From Parcubacteria group bacterium Gr01-1014_33 (GTDB lineage: Bacteria > Patescibacteriota > Minisyncoccia > Sungbacterales > HO2-52-23): a stretch of DNA of 48,272 bases. Position numbers and translations under genes: made by a program. Shown piece by piece: positions 26,703-35,152 of this stretch; position 1 is the stretch's first letter, and each line of letters begins with the position of its first letter. The stretch is from NCBI GenBank assembly GCA_007376125.1, contig VMFQ01000016.1, forward strand, positions 1-48,272, given 5' to 3'. The notes beneath the pieces are model-generated. The model was given only the letters and a program-made list of their open reading frames with translations, had not been told where the DNA came from and did not search any database.

Positions 26703-27971
26703 CTAAAAAGCGCCGAGAATTTTTTGAAACATCTCCTTATCCTTACACGGCCCGATCATCGCAAGATGCAGTTTCTCCGGACGCATGAGTTCTCGCGAAA
26801 CCTCTCGGATATCCTCGGCAGTTACCCCGTCAATTTTCGCAAACACTTCTTCCGCAGTCATTGGTTTTCCGGTGATCATCTCCTCGGTCCCCACGAAACT
26901 TGCCACCGCGTTTGATTGCTCAAGCCCGATTAACGTAGTGCCGCGGATATAGTTTTTTACGCGTTTTAATTCTTCCTCCGACACAAGTTCTTGCGTTATT
27001 TTTTTATATTCCTCAAGCGCGGCTTGGATTGTTTTCTCCACGTTTTTATGATCCACTCCCGCGTACGTTACCAATTGCCCTCGGTTTGAGTACGACTCGT
27101 GGCTTGTCCATACGGTGTAGGCAAGTCCCAGTTTTTCCCGAATTCTATCCCACATGCGCGCGCTCCACGATCCGCCAAGGAGCGTTGCGAGGACATCCGC
27201 GGCATAGCGTTTTTCATGGAACGCATCGTACCCGTGGAATCCGAGCGCAATATGCGTCTGATCCGTCTCTTTATACTCAAGCGCAATACGCTCCGCGTCC
27301 GGCTCCCGATATTCGGCTTTTTTCCGAAACGGCGCATCATGCCGGATACCGGAAAAAAGTTCCTTTATCTTTTGAAATGTTTTTTCCTCATCAAAGTTTC
27401 CGGCAACCACCACCGCGGTGTCTCCCGCCACATATTGATGATGAAAATAATTTACAAAATCGTCCCGCGCAAGCCCGCGGATAACTTTTTCTTCTCCGAT
27501 CACGTCGCGTCCCGCTGGCTGATCTCCGTATAAGAGCCGTTCCCATACCCACCAAATATAGAGCGTGGGCGTGTCGCGATCTTTATGCATTTCTTCTATT
27601 ATTACCTGCCGCTCGCGCTCAATTTCTCCTTCCGTAAGGAGAGAATTATTATAAATATCGGCAAGCAAATCCAAAGATTGGTCAAGATATGTTTTCGCGG
27701 CCTTTATGTGATAACCCGTAATTTCGTGCGATGTAAACGCGTTTGAAATGGAACCCATGCTGTCAAGCTCGTGTTTAATCTCATCCGGCGTGGGACGGTT
27801 TTTCGTGCCTTTAAAAAACATGTGCTCCAAGAAATGCGAAATTCCGTTAATCTCGCGCGATTCATAATCCGATCCAGTGCCGCACAAAACAAGTATGGTT
27901 ACCGTATTTGTCCCCTGCATGGGCGCAGTAATAATCCTCAAACCATTGTCTAACGTAGTTTTTTTAAACAT
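26703..27971 (-). CDS. M16 family zinc peptidase
   Basis: GISHFLEHMFFKGT (HxxEH), NAFTS, IREKLGLAY. Confidence 0.95.
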   Translation of the reverse strand: MFKKTTLDNGLRIITAPMQGTNTVTILVLCGTGSDYESREINGISHFLEHMFFKGTKNRPTPDEIKHELDSMGSISNAFTSHEITGYHIKAAKTYLDQSLDLLADIYNNSLLTEGEIERERQVIIEEMHKDRDTPTLYIWWVWERLLYGDQPAGRDVIGEEKVIRGLARDDFVNYFHHQYVAGDTAVVVAGNFDEEKTFQKIKELFSGIRHDAPFRKKAEYREPDAERIALEYKETDQTHIALGFHGYDAFHEKRYAADVLATLLGGSWSARMWDRIREKLGLAYTVWTSHESYSNRGQLVTYAGVDHKNVEKTIQAALEEYKKITQELVSEEELKRVKNYIRGTTLIGLEQSNAVASFVGTEEMITGKPMTAEEVFAKIDGVTAEDIREVSRELMRPEKLHLAMIGPCKDKEMFQKILGAF

Positions 27972-27993
27972 AGAGTTACACGCACCGTCCTAT

Positions 27994-28365
27994 TTATATC
28001 TCTACTAGACCAAGACTAATTTTAAGCGCACCACCAACTCGAATCATGGTATCAGATGTGATCATGCCTACGCGCCGGATTAAGCGTACGTTATCAATAG
28101 TGCGTATCTGATTGAGAAGTATTGCCGATTCTTCCGTTAATCCCCCTTCGCCTCTCTGGACTAATACTTCCGTAGGATAGAGCGGTGGATTAAATTGTGA
28201 AGTGACCGCCGCAACGATGGTTACAGGACTATGTGCATTTGCCACATCATTTTGAAGAATGAGTGCAGGACGAGTTTTTCTGATTTCCGCGCCAAGAGTA
28301 GGATCAAAATTCACCAGCCAAATTTCACTCCGCCGTGGCGTACTTATTTTCTTCTTTTTTTCCAT
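27994..28365 (-). CDS. mazF: PemK/MazF toxin
   Basis: EIWLVNFDPTLGAEIRKTRPALILQND, QIRTID..RL. Confidence 0.92.
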   Translation of the reverse strand: MEKKKKISTPRRSEIWLVNFDPTLGAEIRKTRPALILQNDVANAHSPVTIVAAVTSQFNPPLYPTEVLVQRGEGGLTEESAILLNQIRTIDNVRLIRRVGMITSDTMIRVGGALKISLGLVEI

Positions 28366-28601
28366 ATATCATGAAGAGAGGACCATTCTTGGGCGATTCC
28401 AAGATCCCGTTCGGCCCTCCGAAGCGCACCCTCACGAAGTTGTTTTCGTATTTGCGCGCGCCCCATCTCTCGGATATAAAATCGGATCGCCTCATCAACA
28501 AGACGACTCCGCTCACCCCGCTCTGCTACCTTATCAACAAGTCGTATAGCCGTGGGAGAAAGGGTAATATTAACCCTTTTATGTGTTGCTAATTTATTCA
28601 T
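28344..28601 (-). CDS. Ribbon-helix-helix antitoxin
   Basis: KRVNITL...RSRLVDEAIRFY; overlaps the toxin start. Confidence 0.8.
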   Translation of the reverse strand: MNKLATHKRVNITLSPTAIRLVDKVAERGERSRLVDEAIRFYIREMGRAQIRKQLREGALRRAERDLGIAQEWSSLHDIWKKRRK

Positions 28602-28607
28602 AATTCT

Positions 28608-28635
28608 AGTATACACACTGATAGTGTGTAGTCAA
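28608..28635 (-). promoter_or_regulatory. TA promoter with palindromic operator
   Basis: TTGACT-N16-TATACT containing the inverted repeat TACACACT-3nt-AGTGTGTA (28612-28630). Confidence 0.75.
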
Positions 28636-28720
28636 CCGTATTCATACACAGGTTTGATTCCAGTCTCGATCCAAATCCTCATTATTCTCTTTGCAAGGTG
28701 TACCTTCGTTCATGATACTA

Positions 28721-30112
28721 TTATACAAAACTCTTCTGGAGAAAAGAATTTAATTCTTCATTTCTCACCCTCTCTTGCTCCATGGTATCCCTATCGCGCA
28801 CAGTTACGGTGTCATCTTCAAGCGTTTGATGATCTATCGTGACACACCACGGCGTTCCGATTTCATCTTGCCTCCGGTAGCGTTTGCCTATGTTTCCGAT
28901 GTCGTCAAAGACAATAGGTTGTAGGTTGTAGGAAGTAGTTTGTAGGTTTTTGTAAACTTCACGCGCTTTCTCCACTAATTGCGGCTTATTCGCCAAAAGC
29001 GGAAATACCGCAACTTTTATTGGCGCGAGTTTTGGATGAAGTTTCAGTACCGTGCGTTTTTCTTTTCCTTCGCCTTCTTCGCGATATGCGTCAATAAGAA
29101 AAAAGAGTGCTGCACGGTCCACTCCGCCGGATGTTTCAATGACCCATGGCGTTACCCATTCGCGCGTCTCGTCGTCAAAATACGCGAGACGCTCGCCTGA
29201 AAATTTGGAATGCCGCGACAAATCCCAATCGCCACGGTTATGAATTCCTTCAAGCTCTTTCCATCCGCCGAATGGTGAATCGTATTCAATATCCCACGCC
29301 GCTTTTGCATAGTGCGCTTTTTCATCCTCCTCATGCTTCCGAAACCGCACATGCGATTTCTCCATCCCGAGCGAGATATACCATTTTATTCTCTCTTCTT
29401 TCCAATATCCGAACCAATCGTCCGGCATCCATTTTCCGCGTAAATCCGCGTTGCTGTCACCGTGAGTCCGCACGGTTCTGCTTGCTAAAGGCGAGCAGAA
29501 CCATTGGAGTTCCATTTGTTCAAATTCGCGCGAACGAAATGTGAAATTTCCAGGAGTAATTTCATTGCGGAATGCTTTTCCGATCTGCGCGATTCCAAAC
29601 GGCAATTTGCGCCAGCTTGAGTCAAGGATATTTTTGAAATTAACATGAACGCCCTGCGTGATCTCACCGCGAAGATAGACGGATAATTTTCCTTCTTCCA
29701 CCGCACCAAGTTTCGCCTCTACAAGAAGATTGAATTTTCTCGGCTCGGTCCATTCCACTTTTTCCTTTTTCTTCTTGTGTATCTCCTCGTGTGCTTTTAT
29801 TTCGTCCTCGTGATCCGCGCGCACGCGCGTATGACATTTCTTGCACTCTACTAAAGGATCAGTAAAGGCATCCGTATGCCCCGACGCCTCCCATACTTTC
29901 GGGTTCATTAAAATCGCGGCATCCAACCCCACGGTATCGTCTCGCCCATACACCATCGTTTTCCAAAACTCGCGCTTGATATTGTTTTTAAGCTCCACTC
30001 CCAAAGGCCCATAATCCCACATTCCGGCAAGCCCTCCATAGATTTCCGATCCCGGGAAAATAAAACCACGCCTCTTGGCAAGCGATATAATTTTTTCCAT
30101 TATATCCTCCAT
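28721..30112 (-). CDS. glyS: Glycine--tRNA ligase (alpha2 type)
   Basis: AKRRGF....EIYGG, VWEASGH, IGKAFRNEITP.NF.FRSREFEQME, IGKRYRRQDEIGTP; start set to ATG 30112. Confidence 0.97.
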   Translation of the reverse strand: MEDIMEKIISLAKRRGFIFPGSEIYGGLAGMWDYGPLGVELKNNIKREFWKTMVYGRDDTVGLDAAILMNPKVWEASGHTDAFTDPLVECKKCHTRVRADHEDEIKAHEEIHKKKKEKVEWTEPRKFNLLVEAKLGAVEEGKLSVYLRGEITQGVHVNFKNILDSSWRKLPFGIAQIGKAFRNEITPGNFTFRSREFEQMELQWFCSPLASRTVRTHGDSNADLRGKWMPDDWFGYWKEERIKWYISLGMEKSHVRFRKHEEDEKAHYAKAAWDIEYDSPFGGWKELEGIHNRGDWDLSRHSKFSGERLAYFDDETREWVTPWVIETSGGVDRAALFFLIDAYREEGEGKEKRTVLKLHPKLAPIKVAVFPLLANKPQLVEKAREVYKNLQTTSYNLQPIVFDDIGNIGKRYRRQDEIGTPWCVTIDHQTLEDDTVTVRDRDTMEQERVRNEELNSFLQKSFV

Positions 30113-30255
30113 ATTGCCCACTCTATCAGAAAACCTTGAAGAAATAAAGGGCATACACGAGACCGCCAATTTTGATGAATCTACCGCCGCTGATACTCTC
30201 TTCATAAAAAAACGCCAACCACAATGGATCGGCGTATGACCTGACTCAATTTATC

Positions 30256-31551
30256 CTACGTTACGTTTAGCACAATATGAGACATAAAAATAGGATGGTT
30301 TTTCTGCATTAAATTTCCAAGTATTTTCGCTCCGTTGATTTCTTTCTTTGGCATCCGCGGTAATTTTGGTTCCTCAAACGACACAATAGCCCTGCCGGGA
30401 TATAGGAATGGTTCAACTTCGTGAAGGATGTTCTCCGGTATTTCAACCCGATACAACTTATTATGCGGGGAATCTTTCCGATGGAAGAGCCCTTTATAAA
30501 GATCTATTGATCCCAAAACATGCAACCGTTGAGATTCGTTAACCGCATCCCCGACGATTGTTTGATCGCTGATAAATAATTTCTGCGGCGCAATAATCAT
30601 ATCTGTGACACATCTATCTCCAAACACGCGAGAAAGCTCACGGAGTATTATCCAGTATCTCTGCAATTCATCATGTGTCCACTTAGCCGTATATGTCTCC
30701 TCTATAACTCCTCCATAATCTTTACGAAGAAGATGAGCAATTTTGGGCATCTCCAACTCATGCATTGCGAGCTCATAACTCCATCGGATAGCGGGAGCTT
30801 TATACCCCGACTTTCTTGCTCTTTCAATAAGAACTGACACAGATTCAACCTCAAGGTGAAACGCATTGACCGTACTCTGTAATCCGGTAATAAGTTCATC
30901 AGAAATCTCAAGTTCTTCTTCAGACCAGCGGCTCTTCCTCTTTCTGGGAAGTTTCCGCAATACTTGTGCGTATTCTTCTCTTATCTTTAATAATCCTTCC
31001 CGTTGCGGAGCATGCGGTGAGAAAGTGAAAGCAAATGTTACTACTGTTAACTCTGTGCGCTCAATCACAGACTTTATGGCATCGCCTTCAGAAAATCGTG
31101 TTGCTCGCCCGATCAAATAACCACGAGTCCATTCGTGGAAATGTCGCCTTTTCGCTATATCTTCTTGCGCTTTACGCAACGACTCTTCAAGCTCTCTCAC
31201 TTTTCCTTGTGAGTTTTGGATTTGGATTGCAAGCGTCCGTTCCTCTCTGCGCTGGTATGAATGCATCTCACGAAATTCAGCGATTGCCCGTTCAAAAATG
31301 CCGCGATCTTCCAAAAGATTAAATGCTTCGGAGTATCGCTTGGCTATTTCACTTGTTTCGGCATCACGACCGAAATGATCGGGATGGACTTTTGCCAAAA
31401 GAAACCGTGCACTTCTCCTGCAGTAGTCATAGAGATCGTCATTTGAAAGACCAAGCATCAAAATATCCGGCGACAAACGAATCATCTCTAGGGGATTCTC
31501 TTTGCGCTCTTCGCCCTTTAACTTGCGTACCAGCTCTCGCGAGTAACTCAT
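30256..31551 (-). CDS. Hypothetical protein with N-terminal J-domain-like segment and coiled coil
   Basis: LLAKVHPDHF...AKRYSEAFNLLED; ATG abuts the upstream stop; strong SD. Confidence 0.65.
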   Translation of the reverse strand: MSYSRELVRKLKGEERKENPLEMIRLSPDILMLGLSNDDLYDYCRRSARFLLAKVHPDHFGRDAETSEIAKRYSEAFNLLEDRGIFERAIAEFREMHSYQRREERTLAIQIQNSQGKVRELEESLRKAQEDIAKRRHFHEWTRGYLIGRATRFSEGDAIKSVIERTELTVVTFAFTFSPHAPQREGLLKIREEYAQVLRKLPRKRKSRWSEEELEISDELITGLQSTVNAFHLEVESVSVLIERARKSGYKAPAIRWSYELAMHELEMPKIAHLLRKDYGGVIEETYTAKWTHDELQRYWIILRELSRVFGDRCVTDMIIAPQKLFISDQTIVGDAVNESQRLHVLGSIDLYKGLFHRKDSPHNKLYRVEIPENILHEVEPFLYPGRAIVSFEEPKLPRMPKKEINGAKILGNLMQKNHPIFMSHIVLNVT

Positions 31552-32217
31552 TTATTCCTCCTCCTCGTTATGTTCCCATGTGGATGAAGACGCAAACGAA
31601 GAGAGAAGTGTAATTATATCATCAACACAACTCACATTGGGGAGAGCGCAATTTTTACTGCCGTTAGCGGCGATATCGGCAACGTTTTTGACAATGACCG
31701 CAAATGCTTTGCGATGAGACATCTTCATCCGTCGTTCTTCCATGATTTCATCCAGAGATTCGGCAATCATGGAAAGTATATCTTCCGCATCTTCACCATA
31801 TGCTTGCACTAAATGAGCGGCAGTGCGCCATCCGATAAAGTATCCTTGTTCTTTCTGCCAATGTAAAAGATTCATCGTAAGAGAAAGCTGATCAATGATT
31901 TTCTCGCCTTTATTGGAATAAATATTTTCACCCAACTTGCGATCTTCAAGGTCGTGATTTGATAGCCACTGGCCATTTGTAAAGTAGAGATAAATACTTC
32001 TGAAAGTTTCTGGATGGAGAGGCACTCGCCAATCCACGGTAAGGTGAAGAAACATGTCCTGCTCAAGCTTTTGAGGCAATGCCTTTTGTACGCGAGCAAT
32101 AAGGGTATCCGCCTTCCAACCGAGTCGGTTTGACAAGGAACGCACGTTTGGGTCACTCGGAACAAGCGACACTCCTTCATTCTTTGTGATATACCAACGA
32201 TATTTTTCTTCTGCCAT
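31552..32217 (-). CDS. Hypothetical protein
   Basis: 221-aa ORF, SD GGAGGAGG, TTGACA upstream. Confidence 0.65.
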   Translation of the reverse strand: MAEEKYRWYITKNEGVSLVPSDPNVRSLSNRLGWKADTLIARVQKALPQKLEQDMFLHLTVDWRVPLHPETFRSIYLYFTNGQWLSNHDLEDRKLGENIYSNKGEKIIDQLSLTMNLLHWQKEQGYFIGWRTAAHLVQAYGEDAEDILSMIAESLDEIMEERRMKMSHRKAFAVIVKNVADIAANGSKNCALPNVSCVDDIITLLSSFASSSTWEHNEEEE

Positions 32218-32351
32218 GGATCCCCTCCTCCAGAATTTATTATAATTTTAAGGAACTTGTGAGCATAGTAACTCTTTATCCTCCCAATGTCAAGGTTTTG
32301 TGGTAATCTGTACCACTTCTCAATCTGCGTCCACAGGAAGAAAATACACAA

Positions 32352-34253
32352 TCATTTTACCACCCGCCAATCGTTAAAATTCGTAAGAGAATCTTGCGTA
32401 AGTTCGGTGGTGAGTGCAGAAATAGTTTCCTCGCGTTTCTCTCCGGTAAAGCGATCCGTGGCGGAGAAACGGATCGCGCCAGTCAGCCCTACAGCTTTGC
32501 CGACATCTGCTTCCGCGGGTGTGAGCGCCAACTGAAACGCGGCGGCAAGCGCCGGAGTGCGCACGCCCACGCCCGCTTTTATTTCCCCGATGCTCCAGCG
32601 CGCACGACCCGTTGCCGCGTCAAAAAACATCCGTGCCTCCGGCGGCGAAAACGAATTTACCCATTTCACGTTCGGAGGAATGGGAATAATGATTTCCGCA
32701 TCGCCAAGATCGTTGGTAAAATTTCTCACCTCAAGGATAACAGAATAGACTGTCTTTTTCCCGACTTGGGGAGGAAGAGTCCCCTCGCCCGGAATAGGCG
32801 AGGAGCGAAATACCGCGCGCCCTGCAAAAATAATCTTACTCTGGACTTTGAGCCATACATCGTCTTGGGACGTAAGATCCGCGCCTTGAAATTCTTCGGG
32901 CGGAGTTGCCGCTTCAATCCGCGCCCCTATATGCACTGTTACATTTTTATCATCCGCGGTGCGCACCGCGGGACGAGCTCTCGTCCGTATGGAAAATCCA
33001 AGTTCTCCTTCTTTTCCAGGCTCAAGCGAACCAATGTCTTCGGTCGTGCTGGGATTCCAGATAATCATACGCGTTGCCGCGTCAAACGCCCCTCCTTTTT
33101 GTATGGAAAGAGTTTGAAAATCAACAATATCGCCCTCTAACAATACTTTTACAAAAACATTCCTGATTATTGTCTCGGTGTTATTTTTATAACGCACCAC
33201 GACTCGGAGTTCATCCCCGGGTTTGACAATTGCATCGCGCGCTCCTTCGGCGAGAATCTCAACGAGAAGCGGTCTGACCGCGATCCGCACGTCTCCCGCG
33301 GCTTCGGTATAGGGAGTCCACTCTTTTGTCCCGGGATCAAACACGCCAATGCCCGCGCGAAATGATTTGAGTTCACCCTCATCACCAGTGATTTTCCCGC
33401 GCACAACAATTCTGCCGTCTCGCGCCGGATCAAGCGTTCCTACTTCCCAAAGCATGTCTCCCACGCTTGGGACAGGATCACTTGAGACAAAGGTAAATCC
33501 GGGCGGGTACTCTACGCGGACCGAGAGGTGGTCAAACGGAAGGGAAGCGTGAGAGGTGTAGTCAAGCGTCATCTCCATTTCTTGGCCGCGCGATACCGTT
33601 TGCGGCAATCCCCAGGAAAGCGCGACCGGGACTCCTTGGATTGTGATTATTTTTACGGCACGCGCCGAGAACCGCGCGCGGAGCGTTTCCGGTTGATACA
33701 AAAGAATCGCCTCCACTTTTTTTTCTTCCCCTTCGCGGCCGAAAAGCCGGCCGGTAAACTCAACCGTTTTTTCCGCGCCCGGTTCAAGATCCTCAATTTT
33801 TTGTATGATCCTTTGCGGAGCGAGACGCCATCCGTCGTTTTGGGAGACGAGGGATCCCGAGGGAAGCAGAAACGCAAGCTCAACTTGCGTAAGCCGCCCG
33901 CGCGAGGTATTGGTAAATGAAACTGGAACTGTGATTATCTCTCCGGCGCTTACGCTGTCCCTTGCAGGAATCACGATTTGGGCTTCCTGACCTTTGCTTC
34001 CGATATAGAAAAAAACAAACGCCGCGGCGCCGATTATAAAAAAGAGTCCGAGTCCGCCTATCAAAAAAGGGAACAATCGGCGCACGGAGGAAGATTTTTT
34101 TTCAGCCGGCGTCCGCCGCTTCTCTTCTTGCCAATAGGGACCGGAACGATGCCGAAATTTTGGAAACACCACGCGCGACTTCATCCGGCTTTTAAGTTCC
34201 GCTTCCTGTGACTTTTCATAGAGTGCACGCTCAAGATCTTCGAGTTTTGCCAT
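32352..34253 (-). CDS. Membrane-anchored protein with repeated Ig-like (DUF11-like) domains
   Basis: One TM helix then repeated beta-rich units (G..I...V...N; W..G.L.P...G); start set to ATG 34253. Confidence 0.75.
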   Translation of the reverse strand: MAKLEDLERALYEKSQEAELKSRMKSRVVFPKFRHRSGPYWQEEKRRTPAEKKSSSVRRLFPFLIGGLGLFFIIGAAAFVFFYIGSKGQEAQIVIPARDSVSAGEIITVPVSFTNTSRGRLTQVELAFLLPSGSLVSQNDGWRLAPQRIIQKIEDLEPGAEKTVEFTGRLFGREGEEKKVEAILLYQPETLRARFSARAVKIITIQGVPVALSWGLPQTVSRGQEMEMTLDYTSHASLPFDHLSVRVEYPPGFTFVSSDPVPSVGDMLWEVGTLDPARDGRIVVRGKITGDEGELKSFRAGIGVFDPGTKEWTPYTEAAGDVRIAVRPLLVEILAEGARDAIVKPGDELRVVVRYKNNTETIIRNVFVKVLLEGDIVDFQTLSIQKGGAFDAATRMIIWNPSTTEDIGSLEPGKEGELGFSIRTRARPAVRTADDKNVTVHIGARIEAATPPEEFQGADLTSQDDVWLKVQSKIIFAGRAVFRSSPIPGEGTLPPQVGKKTVYSVILEVRNFTNDLGDAEIIIPIPPNVKWVNSFSPPEARMFFDAATGRARWSIGEIKAGVGVRTPALAAAFQLALTPAEADVGKAVGLTGAIRFSATDRFTGEKREETISALTTELTQDSLTNFNDWRVVK

Positions 34254-34368
34254 AGTATAGCTGGCGCAAAACAAAAACGTAACATTCCACAGGCGAATAT
34301 TGGCTTAAATAAGCCATTTCAACAACTCAAAATGTACGAATTTGTTTTGCGGGTGCTATAGTACCTAA

Positions 34369-34467
34369 TTCACTTAATTTTGAAACCCCGATACTGCGGA
34401 TACAATAGCTTATATAAAGACAACTTTTGATATCAAATACAGATTTTAGGCATCAAAATTAAGTGAA
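34369..34467. repeat. MITE-like element with perfect 15-bp inverted repeats
   Basis: TTCACTTAATTTTGA 34369-34383 and TCAAAATTAAGTGAA 34453-34467. Confidence 0.65.
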
Positions 34468-34530
34468 CGGACTCGTAGTATAAGTATACACCTTTCGGAA
34501 CCCGTTTGAAAAGACGTTTCAGACGGTTTG

Positions 34531-35040
34531 TTAGCTCGTTTCCGCATCACCAAGGCACGCGCGCACACGATTTTCAAAACTGCGGAAAAAAGCGTCCGCG
34601 TCATGCGTAAAGGATAGTGCTTCCCGGCCGCTACTTTCAAAAACATCGCGCCGCCTATCCTCAAATTTGCTTTTATCAAGCAAAATAAAACTCTCTATAA
34701 TCTCCCGCCACAACACGCTATCTCTTTCACCTTCAAGACAAAGATCATCAATCAACCCTGCCATGCCAAGCCCGACCACAAGTTTTTCGCCGTATTCCCA
34801 AAGCCCGGGCCAGAGAGCAATCATGGATGCGTAGGTAAGTCGAAACCCGGCGCTCGCGGGAATAAATCCGATCGTTGCGGTATGAAGCAGTTCAAGATGA
34901 CTTTTAAGTTTCGCGTCTCCTTTTTTCACGCCTTGCGCGCGCATGCGAATTTTCCCAAAGTCCTTGGTATACGCCGTAACAAGCGCATCTGCCTCGCCAA
35001 TGTCAATTTTTTTGAGAATTATTCCTTGGGTGAAATAAAT
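34531..35040 (-). CDS. recO: DNA repair protein RecO, no canonical start codon
   Basis: Frame upstream of the track ORF reads YFTQGIILKKIDIGEADALVTAYTKDFGKIRMRAQGVKK..AKL..HLE (RecO OB fold); only ATT (35038-35040) or CTG (35053-35055) precede it before a stop. Confidence 0.8.
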   Translation of the reverse strand: MYFTQGIILKKIDIGEADALVTAYTKDFGKIRMRAQGVKKGDAKLKSHLELLHTATIGFIPASAGFRLTYASMIALWPGLWEYGEKLVVGLGMAGLIDDLCLEGERDSVLWREIIESFILLDKSKFEDRRRDVFESSGREALSFTHDADAFFRSFENRVRACLGDAETS

Positions 35041-35052
35041 AAGAAGATGAAG

Positions 35053-35150
35053 CAGGAATTATGAATTAGGAATTAGGAGAATAACATCAGGAAGACAAAT
35101 AGAGCCAACTCTCTTTTATTCATAATTCATGATTCCTTACTCCTGATTCC
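35053..35150. repeat. Pair of inverted 7-mer arrays
   Basis: AGGAATT/ATGAATT units on the left, ATTCATA/ATTCATG/ATTCCT units on the right. Confidence 0.65.
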
Positions 35151-35152
35151 AA

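Noticed and set aside
34500..34530. Neisseria-type DNA uptake sequence (TTCAGACGG)
   Set aside because: A single partial match inside a hairpin after recO; not seen repeated through the window.
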